The notes beneath the pieces were generated by a model, which was not told the origin of the DNA, ran no database searches, and saw only the letters and a program-made list of their open reading frames with translations. From an uncultured Bacteroidota bacterium (GTDB lineage Bacteria; CLD3; SB21; JBBIRG01), in assembly GCA_964609675.1 (NCBI GenBank), contig CAZSRX010000022.1:6888-70887 (forward strand): a stretch of 64,000 nt of DNA. The letters run 5' to 3'. The position numbers were made by a program, and so were the translations under genes. Numbering within the stretch: position 1 is the first letter of the stretch; each line of letters starts with the position of its first letter. Shown here piece by piece: positions 12,101-21,200 of the stretch.

Positions 12101-12357
12101 AACTGGGACCAGCTTTTGGGCACCTCAATGTCGTTCATCTCAAAAACCACCGTGCCGTCCGGCTCCGTGATTTTACTGGAACGCATCTCGTACTCCAGCT
12201 CGTCAAATGGATGCACGCCTTCATGCGTAAAATAACGGCTTAAACGCAAACCCCGCGCCCCGGTATAATCCACTCCATTAATAAACATGTCCAGGTTTTT
12301 TCCGGGCGCGTTTTTTACATTTTCGGTAATAGTAACATTCGGATGCTGAATAGACAT
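9196..12357 (-). CDS. nrdJ: Adenosylcobalamin-dependent (class II) ribonucleoside-diphosphate reductase
   Basis: 1053 aa, typical NrdJ sequence throughout (for example [35 protein letters not shown]), with a C-terminal CxxC...CxxC zinc ribbon (CDVCGH...CYKCLNCG). Confidence 0.92.
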   Translation of the reverse strand: [1053 protein letters not shown]

Positions 12358-12521
12358 CTATCAGTCCTCCCATCGTTAAAAAAAAATTTTCAGAAAAACG
12401 GTTCGTTTTACGCCTTTGGAAATTGATTTGATAAAACTCAAATCAAAGCAAAACATATTAGGTTTTGACAAAAAAAAACGCAAGACTTTTTTTGATATGC
12501 ACACTAATTAACAACTTATCA

Positions 12522-12539
12522 ACACTATATATATAGTAT
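12522..12539. promoter_or_regulatory. Candidate NrdR-box-like palindrome in the nrdJ 5' leader
   Basis: ACACTATATATATAGTAT is a near-palindrome resembling the aCaCwAtATaTwGtGt NrdR operator. It sits in a 440-bp AT-rich leader upstream of nrdJ. Confidence 0.3.
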
Positions 12540-12875
12540 TAACAAAAACATAAGAAATACAATTTAAGTTATTAACATTAAAATAATACAAGGTATAATA
12601 AGGTATTTTTTTCGTAAATTTTAAAGAGTTATAGAAACCAATAATTTATATTCGCAAAATCTTACACAGAAGAAAAATTTGATGTAATATAGTAAATTGA
12701 TAAAAATTTTTCCCGGTTTTAGGCGATACCTTTTAAGCGAAAATTACTTGATTATGGGATACAATTTTCAATTTTGAAAAAACCTGTTTAAAAAAACCGG
12801 CCGTTAGCTATAAACACAGGACCGGATATACTCCAAATTATGTGGAATCATTCCGCTCGTCGGTTGCCTCGAAGA

Positions 12876-13049
12876 GTAGCCCAGCCGCATACCACCTTTA
12901 AAAAGTAAACCGTCAAAAAAAAATATCCCGCAGAAAAAAACATTTTTTTCGGTTGGTAGATGGTGCGGTTTTGTTGGCCTGTCCGTAGCGCGGAGCCAGA
13001 GTCGTGGACCCAAGCGTTTTCGGAGTACGGCGAATAGCATCGTATATCA
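12876..13049. repeat. Left copy of an approximately 175-bp direct repeat bracketing the low-GC island; 13279-13302 continues the repeat after a 230-bp insert
   Basis: About 95% identical to 24477-24656. Both start cataccacctttaaaaagtaaaccgtcaaaaaaaaatatcccgcag and run to agcatcgtatatca. Confidence 0.9.
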
Positions 13050-13203
13050 CAACGGCGCGGTGGGGGTAACCCATGGGTTGAAAATATTGCTTGATTTGTT
13101 CCTCGGTCGTTGGTAATTTTACAAGCCGTTGGACGACGCCCTGGTCATCCATGGCGACAATCATGAGATTGTCTTTGTGTAAGTCGATACCTGAGAATAA
13201 CAT
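12913..13203 (-). pseudogene. IS110-family (DEDD) transposase N-terminal remnant inserted in the left repeat copy
   Basis: The first roughly 50 codons, MLFSGIDLHKDNLMIVAMDDQGVVQRLVKLPTTEEQIKQYFQ, match the IS110 transposase N-terminus (GIDxxKxxL...A..D motif). The reading frame then runs into non-coding repeat sequence, so the remaining roughly 300 aa of a transposase are absent. Confidence 0.45.
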
Positions 13204-13707
13204 AAAAACCTCCTGGTTTTGGTTAAAGAAAACTGTTCTACCATGATTGAATCATAATCGTGAGGTATTTTTGAAAATATCAGGCGGTTAGTCGTTCGTT
13301 CGCCACGCGGATAGACAAAGAAATTATGATAGAGTTATTTAAAATAGATTTTCAGTTAACTAATGGTCTGCGTGATTTGCACACGCCACGTGCGAGGAAG
13401 CTTTTTTGTAATATCTTATCTTATACCCCTTGCACAGCGCGTCGCATTGCTGCGGAATGTTATAGGCAAGCGCGAAAAGACAGAACTGACAACGAAAATT
13501 GAGAGCAACCCATTGTGAAAAGACAGAAAAAAAATGAAATATTGACAAGACATAGAATCAGTCAACATCCCGCAAGCTTTCGGAACCGACCCTTCTGTAT
13601 TTTGTATTTTCCCAACAGCACATTTTTAATTTTTCTGTCAATCCACATTTGGCACGTTGTCAAATTCTTCTTAGCGCATAAGACCGGAAACAAAATTATA
13701 TGTATAT

Positions 13708-13737
13708 TTGACCAAATTGTCCAAACAGATTGGTCAA
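13708..13737. promoter_or_regulatory. Candidate operator: inverted repeat TTGACCAA-N13-TTGGTCAA immediately upstream of the HTH gene start
   Basis: Perfect 8-bp inverted arms at 13708-13715 and 13729-13736, ending 1 nt before the ATG at 13738 of the XRE-like ORF. Confidence 0.45.
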
Positions 13738-14030
13738 ATGTTAAAAAAACTTGAATATATCAGACGATTAAAAGAAGAAATAAATCTTCCACTTTGAAAA
13801 GTTGCTGCCAACTTGATGTTGATACTTCTACTCTTAGCAAGGTTGAACGTGGAGAAAGACTAATGGCAATTGACTATATGAAACCACTAAGCCAAATCCT
13901 GAAAATTGATTACAAAAAAATTCAAGTTCGGTTTTTGGCTGACAGTATAAAAGCGAATTACGAGAAGTTAGTGTATTTAGAAGATGGATTGGACGCAATC
14001 ATTAAACAATTAAAAAAGAACAAGAAGTAA
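13738..14030 (+). pseudogene. XRE-family HTH regulator interrupted by an apparent 1-nt frameshift around 13792-13796
   Basis: The frame starting at ATG 13738 gives MLKKLEYIRRLKEEINLPL and then hits a stop. A -1 shift continues as KSCCQLDVDTSTLSKVERGER..., which aligns residue for residue with the HTH_XRE consensus GLSQxELAxKLGVSxSTISKIERGE. The stop codon overlaps the start of the next gene (TAATG). Confidence 0.4.
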
Positions 14031-17000
14031 TGCCAACAAAATTTTTTACTAATCAAGACGATAACAGTCTCCTTAAGAAGTTTGAGGGCGTATTTACCAA
14101 CATCGAAAGCATAAGACATTTTGATGCATTGGTTGGCTATTTCAGGGCTTCCGGTTATTTTAAAATACGTGCATTCCTTGACAAAATCCCTAAAATCAGA
14201 ATCCTTGTAGGAATAAACGTTGACCAGCTAATCAAAAAATATCATGACAAAGGCCAACTCTATCTTGAAAATCCCGATGAAACAAAAGCAGACTTCCTTG
14301 AAGAAATCATAAAGAATATTCAGGAAGCCAACTACGATGAAGTTACAGAAAAGGGAATCCTGCAATTCATTGATGACCTGGTAAGTGGTAAAATTGAACT
14401 GAGAGCTCACCCAAAAAAGAAAATCCATGCAAAGGTTTATATATTCAGACCAGCAACATTCAACGAATATGCACCTTGCGAAGTTATTACTGGCTCTTCA
14501 AATTTAACTGATGCCGGACTGGGTGCAAATCCTGAATCCAACTATGAGTTTAATGTTAGTTTGAGGGAATACGAAGATGTAAAATTTGCTACCGAAGAGT
14601 TTGAAAGGCTATGGGCTGAATCTGTTCCCATTTTACAAGCAGAAGCAGAAAGAATCAAGAACCAGACGTATTTGCGCGATGACTTTACTCCGTTTGAGTT
14701 ATACATCAAAATGCTGATTGAATATTTTGGTAAACGTGTAGATTACGACCCGTACAATATTGACCTGCTTTTACCTCCGAAATACATTAGGCTAAAATAT
14801 CAGTCAGATGCTGCCAATCAGGGCTACGCCATTATGATGAAGCACAATGGTTTTATTCTGGCTGATGTGGTGGGTTTAGGAAAAACGATTATTGCCTGTA
14901 TGATTATTAAAAAGTTCATTTATGAAAATGGTACTCATACAAAGGTTTTGGTTGTTGTGCCACCTGCAATTGAGGATAACTGGAGACGGACAGTAAAAGA
15001 GTTTGAACTGGATAATCAATTTCGTTTTATCACTATTGGAAGTCTGCATAAAGTTTTAGATAGAGATAATAATTCTTATCCTAACCCTGAAGACATTGAT
15101 TTAATTGTTGTTGACGAATCCCATAAATTCAGAAATGATTACACCGAAATGTACTTAGCTCTACAGGAAATATGCAAAATGCCAAGAAAAAGGCCTGCTG
15201 AAAATGGAGATTCAAGAAAGAAAGTAATTTTAATTTCTGCAACCCCTTTAAATAACAGACCACAGGATATTGAAAACCAACTTTATCTTTTTCAGGACAG
15301 AAGAAACAGCACTCTTGAAAATATCCGCAACTTACAGGAATATTTCAAACCAATTAATGAACAGTATAAAAAATTGGCTTATGAGAAAAAACTGAATATC
15401 AAAAAACTGAAAGCGCTATTCCAAAAGTTGCGAGATGATGTAGTGGAGCCACTTGTAATCCGAAGAACAAGAACAGACATTGAGAACAATAAAGAATATC
15501 TTGAAGATTTGGAAAAACAAGGAATAAAATTCCCCAAAGTTGGCGACCCCATTGCACTATACTATGAATTGGATGGGAACTTGAGTGAATTGTTTTTCGA
15601 TACCGTTTCGCTTATTACTAATCTTGATGAAGATGGGAATAAAATTGATGGTTTAGGATATTACCGTTACCGGGCTATTGAGTTTCTTGCTAAAGAGGAA
15701 GACAAGAAAATGTACGGCAATGTGGAATCCATATCGGTCAGGTTATCCGCCATTATGAAAACACTTTTGGTGAAACGCCTTGAAAGTAGTTTTTATGCTT
15801 TCACTCAATCATTGTCAAGATTTCAGAAAGCCATTGACAATATGCTGACAATGTTTGATGATAACAGGATTTTTATTGCACCTGATTTAGACATCAACAA
15901 ATTGCTCGCAGAAGGTTTAAGTTATGATGAGATTGAAGCTAAAATCAACGAAAAAGGAGGAAACAATAAAGAATATAAAAAAGATGCTTTCGATGAAAAA
16001 TTTGTTGACTTGCTCAGGCAGGATAAAGAAAAGGTGGATGATTTAATTGAACGCTGGAGTAAAGTAAAGAAAGACCCGAAGCTGATTGAGTTTGCAAAAC
16101 AAATGAAGGAGGAATTTTTTAAAACCGACCAAAACATTAGCGGCAAACTGATAATTTTTACCGAATCAAAAGAAACAGCAGAAGAATTAACGGAAAAACT
16201 TGCAAAGATTACAAAGAAAAAAGTGCTGACCGTAACTGCCGAAAACAGAAAGTATGTCGAGAGTACTATCCGGGAAAATTTTGATGCCAACCTTGAAGAA
16301 GAAAAATGGAAATCGGATTACGATATTATTATTACCACGGAAGTACTTGCAGAAGGCATCAACCTGCACCGAAGTAATGTAGTAGTAAACTATGATGTCC
16401 CCTGGAACTCCACTCGATTGATGCAACGCATCGGTCGTGTTAACCGTATCGGTTCAAGAGCCGACAAAATCTACGTTTATAACTATTATCCTTCCGCCCA
16501 TGGCGATGCTCAAATTCATTTGGTAAACAACGCCCTGCGTAAATTACAGGCATTTCATACAGCTTTTGGTGAAGATAACAAGGTATTCTCTGTTCTCGAA
16601 GAAAAAGGAGAAGGTGCTTTATTCGGAAATAAAATTCAAAAAGAGGAAAGCGAAATTCTAAAGTATTTGAATGAATTGAGAGATTTCAGAAAGAAACATC
16701 CTAAGATTTTTAATGATATTGCTAAAATCCCTAACAAAGCAAGGTGCGGAAGAAAAGTTCCCGAAGAAAGGCAACTAACCTTATTGGACACTGAAAGCGG
16801 TGAAATAAATTACCCGTTGCAAAACACATCACTGACCTATCTGAAAAGTGAAAATCATCCCGGTATCTTTTGCCTCATCACTCCCGAAATGAATATTATT
16901 GAAATGAATTTTTTACAGGCAGTCAAATTGTTTAAAGCTCCTGATTCAGAAAAGGCAATTGCCTTGCATAAATTACACCATAAACAAACATTGGCAGGTC

Positions 17001-17389
17001 TCGAATATTTTAAGTCGGAAAAAAATCAGGAAAATGTTCAGACGGTATCTCGTAGAAACTTAAGTCCGGCAGAAAATAAAGCCATTTCAAACATTAACGC
17101 ATTAGTGAAAATTGCACCCACCGAACAAAAACGAATGGCACTACTAAGGGCTTTAGATATTATCAAAAAAGGAACTTTTGCTTCGAAGGGATTACCAAAA
17201 TCCATCAATGATTTTTTTACTTCAAATGCGGGATTGCTCAAAGAGCCGGAAAAGTTTATTGAGCAATTATTTATTACCGTTCTCGATAGGTACGACCTTT
17301 CTCCCGGTTCCGAGGAAATGCCTCAATCAGATAAAGCACACAAGGGAATTGTAAATCCTCAAATTGTAATCACTCAAAGTTTCAGTTAA
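14030..17389 (+). CDS. HKD (phospholipase-D family) nuclease domain fused to an SNF2-family SF2 helicase (DISARM DrmC+DrmD-like fusion)
   Basis: N-terminal PLD nuclease motifs IHAKVYIF (HxK) and ITGSSNLT (GSxN). Helicase motif I DVVGLGKTIIA, motif II VVDESHKFRN, motif III LISATPLNN and motif VI LMQRIGRVNRIGS. There is a C-terminal region of about 280 aa of unknown function. Confidence 0.85.
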   Translation: MPTKFFTNQDDNSLLKKFEGVFTNIESIRHFDALVGYFRASGYFKIRAFLDKIPKIRILVGINVDQLIKKYHDKGQLYLENPDETKADFLEEIIKNIQEANYDEVTEKGILQFIDDLVSGKIELRAHPKKKIHAKVYIFRPATFNEYAPCEVITGSSNLTDAGLGANPESNYEFNVSLREYEDVKFATEEFERLWAESVPILQAEAERIKNQTYLRDDFTPFELYIKMLIEYFGKRVDYDPYNIDLLLPPKYIRLKYQSDAANQGYAIMMKHNGFILADVVGLGKTIIACMIIKKFIYENGTHTKVLVVVPPAIEDNWRRTVKEFELDNQFRFITIGSLHKVLDRDNNSYPNPEDIDLIVVDESHKFRNDYTEMYLALQEICKMPRKRPAENGDSRKKVILISATPLNNRPQDIENQLYLFQDRRNSTLENIRNLQEYFKPINEQYKKLAYEKKLNIKKLKALFQKLRDDVVEPLVIRRTRTDIENNKEYLEDLEKQGIKFPKVGDPIALYYELDGNLSELFFDTVSLITNLDEDGNKIDGLGYYRYRAIEFLAKEEDKKMYGNVESISVRLSAIMKTLLVKRLESSFYAFTQSLSRFQKAIDNMLTMFDDNRIFIAPDLDINKLLAEGLSYDEIEAKINEKGGNNKEYKKDAFDEKFVDLLRQDKEKVDDLIERWSKVKKDPKLIEFAKQMKEEFFKTDQNISGKLIIFTESKETAEELTEKLAKITKKKVLTVTAENRKYVESTIRENFDANLEEEKWKSDYDIIITTEVLAEGINLHRSNVVVNYDVPWNSTRLMQRIGRVNRIGSRADKIYVYNYYPSAHGDAQIHLVNNALRKLQAFHTAFGEDNKVFSVLEEKGEGALFGNKIQKEESEILKYLNELRDFRKKHPKIFNDIAKIPNKARCGRKVPEERQLTLLDTESGEINYPLQNTSLTYLKSENHPGIFCLITPEMNIIEMNFLQAVKLFKAPDSEKAIALHKLHHKQTLAGLEYFKSEKNQENVQTVSRRNLSPAENKAISNINALVKIAPTEQKRMALLRALDIIKKGTFASKGLPKSINDFFTSNAGLLKEPEKFIEQLFITVLDRYDLSPGSEEMPQSDKAHKGIVNPQIVITQSFS

Positions 17390-17428
17390 ACCCCTCGAAT
17401 TCGAGAGAATTAAAATGAAGAAGAATAT

Positions 17429-18259
17429 ATGACCAAACAAAAATCAATTATTGTTCAAAATATTCCTGTTCAGGTAATTATTGAAAATAAACTGGATTAT
17501 ATCTGTATAACTGACATGGCAAATGCCAAAGAAAATGAAAGCCGTGCCGCGGATATTATCAAAAACTGGATTAGAAACCGATATACCCTCGAATTTTTAG
17601 GAACCTGGGAACAAATGTATAACCCAAATTTTAAAGTGGTCGAATTCGACCACTTTAGAATGCAGGCCGGCTTGAACTCTTTCGTGCTCAGTGTTTCAGA
17701 ATGGATAGCTAAAACAAATGCTATCGGTTTTATCGTTAAGAAAGGCCGATATGGTGGCACTTATGCCCATAAAGACATTGCTTTCGAATTTGGCTCAGCT
17801 ATTAGCGCCCCATTTAAACTTTTTCTTATCAAAGAGTTCCAGCGTCTGAAGGAAGATGAAAATAACCGTCTTCAACTTGAATGGAACCTCCAACGAACGC
17901 TCGCAAAAGTCAATTACCGTATTCATACCGATGCCATCAAAGAAAATCTGATTCCAAAAGAACTTTCCAAAAATGAAATAAACTTTATTTATGCCAATGA
18001 AGCAGACATGTTGAATATGGCTCTTTTCGGTAAAACTGCCCAGGAATGGCGAAATGAAAACCCCGATGCCGAGGGAAATATCAGGGATATGGCAACCATT
18101 GAGCAATTGGTGGTTTTAAGCAACCTCGAAAGTATAAACGCGGTGTTAATCCATCAGGGTTTATCACAACCCGAGAGGCTTACACAACTCAACCAAATAG
18201 CTATTACACAAATGAAATCATTAATTAAAAGTCCGAACATGATTAAAAAGATGAAATGA
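17429..18259 (+). CDS. KilA-N domain protein
   Basis: Conserved KilA-N family signature: DYICITDMANAK, NWIRNRYTLEFLGTWEQMYNPNFKVVEFD, KKGRYGGTYAHKDIAFEFGSAIS and LIKEFQRLKEDEN. It sits between the helicase and the methyltransferase, with a 1-nt gap to the next gene. Confidence 0.8.
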   Translation: MTKQKSIIVQNIPVQVIIENKLDYICITDMANAKENESRAADIIKNWIRNRYTLEFLGTWEQMYNPNFKVVEFDHFRMQAGLNSFVLSVSEWIAKTNAIGFIVKKGRYGGTYAHKDIAFEFGSAISAPFKLFLIKEFQRLKEDENNRLQLEWNLQRTLAKVNYRIHTDAIKENLIPKELSKNEINFIYANEADMLNMALFGKTAQEWRNENPDAEGNIRDMATIEQLVVLSNLESINAVLIHQGLSQPERLTQLNQIAITQMKSLIKSPNMIKKMK

Positions 18260-18260
18260 T

Positions 18261-21200
18261 ATGCCAGCCAACAAAATTCAATTACAACAAGCATTACACA
18301 AACCTTACGACAGGGTTTTGTTTTCCCGTGAAGTTTTAAGTCCGGTTTTTGGTTCAGGATTTACGCTTAATTCCTCTTTAATGCCGGCATCGGTATCACC
18401 CAACAAATCGGAATCGGCTGTTATTGATAAAGTTTGGATTTACGGAAAAATTCAATTGGACGACAGCACCGAAATTACATGCTACGAAGTGAAGTTGCAA
18501 CCCAAAGTCCGCATCGAACAAAGCAGGGTGGCTATTCAGCAATATGTGCGCAAGCTACTTACAGCCGGGCAAGCGGCTTTAATCAACTTTGTGGCACCGG
18601 CAAATAAGAATGTATGGAGGCTTACGCTGGTTGCCAAAGACAGCGTGCTTACCGAAAAGGGGGTAAAAGAAAAAACCACCAATGCCAAACGATACACTTT
18701 TTTATTAGGCCCTTCGGAAAGCTGTAAAACAGCAGCCGAACGCTTTGAAACGCTGAGTACCGAAAAGGAAATTACGTTTCAAACACTTGTCAATGCCTTC
18801 TCCGTTGAAAAGCTGAGTAAAGCCTTTTTTGATGAATATACCCTGCATTACCAAAACTTTTGCGATTACCTGCAGGAATCCAACTACCGTAAATCGGTTT
18901 TCAATATTACCTTCCCTGCGGGTGCTTCAAAACAGGAAAAGGATAAAGCCGGTAAACCCATCCGTGATTTTGTAAAGAAACTGCTTGGGCGTATTGTGTT
19001 TCTATACTTCGTTCAGAAAAAGGGTTGGCTGGGTGCAAGCGATACCCATTACTCCGATGGTCTGGGCGATTTCATCAAACAACTTTTTCACCAATCGGGC
19101 GGAAACGATGCTTTTTACAGCAATTGGCTCACCGTTCTTTTCTTTGATACACTCAACAGGGAACGCCCCAACGATGATTTTACAATGCCCGATGCCCGCC
19201 TGCCGAACGGGCAGGGGAAAATGGTGAAAGTTCCTTTCCTCAACGGTGGTTTGTTCGACAAAGAGGAATTTGACGAACATTTGCTGACTTTTCCTGCAAA
19301 GCTTTTCCACAACCCCGATTTTGAGGATACCATATTAACCCCTAAAAACAATGGTTTTGCTCGCGGTTTTCTCGACTTTCTGGATGCCTTCAACTTTACT
19401 ATTTACGAAGACAGCCCCGACGACCACACCGTAGCCGTTGACCCGGAAATGTTAGGCCATATTTTTGAGAACCTTCTGGAGGACAACAAAGATAAAGGCG
19501 CTTTTTATACGCCCAAGGAAATTGTGCATTACATGTGCCAGGAAAGCCTGATTGAATATTTAGCAACAGGACTACAGAACCACTATACTGTTTATAGGCA
19601 ACTTGGTGATAATCAGATTGAATTATTTGGGAATGAAGTTCGAACTGGTCAACTGAAATTAATTGAAGAGTTGGGCGAAAAAGGTCTCGATAGAGAAGAA
19701 GTTGCCCATATGGTAAAAAACAAAGACATCAGTAAGTTAACCCAAAAACAATTATGCTCTATTGACAGTTTGCTCGATAAAGTAAAAATCTGCGACCCTG
19801 CCATCGGTTCCGGTGCATTCCCCATGGGCTTATTACAGGAAATCTTCAGCATTAAAGAACTCATTGCCTACGAAACCGGCAAGCCGTGGAACCCTGCCCA
19901 AACCAAGCTGAACATTATCCAAAACTCCATTTACGGGGTAGATATTGAAAAAGGTGCGGTGGATATTGCCCGCCTGCGCTTTTGGCTAAGCCTGGTAGTG
20001 GACGAAGAAAAGCCCAAAGCCCTGCCTAACCTCGATTATAAAATTGTGGTGGGCGACAGCCTCATAAGCAAGTTCGATGGCGAAATTGTGGAGATTGACT
20101 GGGAACGAAAAAGCAGTGTAGGCAAAGCCGATGCGTATGTACAAAATGTACAGCGACTGCTGAAAGAAGTTGCCGAAAAACAAAAGCAGTACTTTAGCCC
20201 CAACAACAAAAACAAAAAGAAACTGCAGGCAGACATCCGTAACCTGAAAATTGAATTGCTCATTAACCAACTTTCTTTTAATAAAGAGCTTTACATAAAC
20301 AAAACTGTGCAAAAAGGTGGCTTTATGCCCACGGCAGCCGATATTAAGCATAATACCGAACGTGAATTGCAAATTGCCGGTTTTAATAACCTGATTGGTA
20401 AACTGAAAAAACTGCTGCAACACCCCGATGAACCCTTTAACCATTTCGACTGGAAACTCGATTTCCCCGAAGTGCTCAACCCCTATCTGGTGCCCGATGA
20501 AAACCAACGGGGGTTTGATATTGTGATTGGGAATCCGCCGTATATTTCAACAAAAGGTATTGATAGTCAATATAAAATAATTTTGGAAAAAAAATTTGGC
20601 TTTGCTGATGATGCCTACAATCATTTTTTCTTCAAAGGAATTCAATTATTAAAAAACAATGCACTGTTGACCTACATTTCTTCTAAAACTTTTTGGACTA
20701 TACAAACAAAAAAGAATCTGCGTGAACTACTCTTGGGAAATACAATACTTCAATTATTTGATACTGCAAATCCTTTTGAAAATGCGATGGTTGATACCTG
20801 TGTTGCAATTGTAAAAAAAGCCCCTCCCCACTCAGAACACATTGTGTTATTCTTCGATGGTAAAACAAGTTTTACCGAACCCCAAAAGTATACCTTCCCC
20901 CAAAACAACTATGCTAATGCACCAAACAAAGTCTTTTTCATACCAACTGATCATAACAAAAAAATATACGACAAGTTCGGAAGAAAAGTAAATGAACTTC
21001 TTACCAAATGGTGGGATAAAATTTCAACAAGCAAGAATATTGAAAAAAATAAAATAGAACTTGAAACATACCGTAACTCTTTACAACCTGGTGATATTAC
21101 TTTATTGGGGCTCATTACTGAAGGTGGTCAAGGTTTAGCCACAGCTAACAATGGAAAATACATAGGTGTATTAGATGGTACTAAGTGGGCAGAAAATGTA

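Noticed and set aside
12804-13040. Small ORFs 12804-13040 and 13360-13548 (both minus) and 13515-13754 (plus) around the island's left end
   Set aside because: Low-complexity translations in AT-rich or repeat sequence with no motifs. Likely non-coding.
12876-13049. Possibility that the 175-bp direct repeat is a tRNA or tmRNA 3' fragment, as in classical genomic-island att sites
   Set aside because: No cloverleaf, T-loop (GTTCRANYC) or CCA-adjacent acceptor structure could be found on either strand, so it is left as an unclassified repeat.
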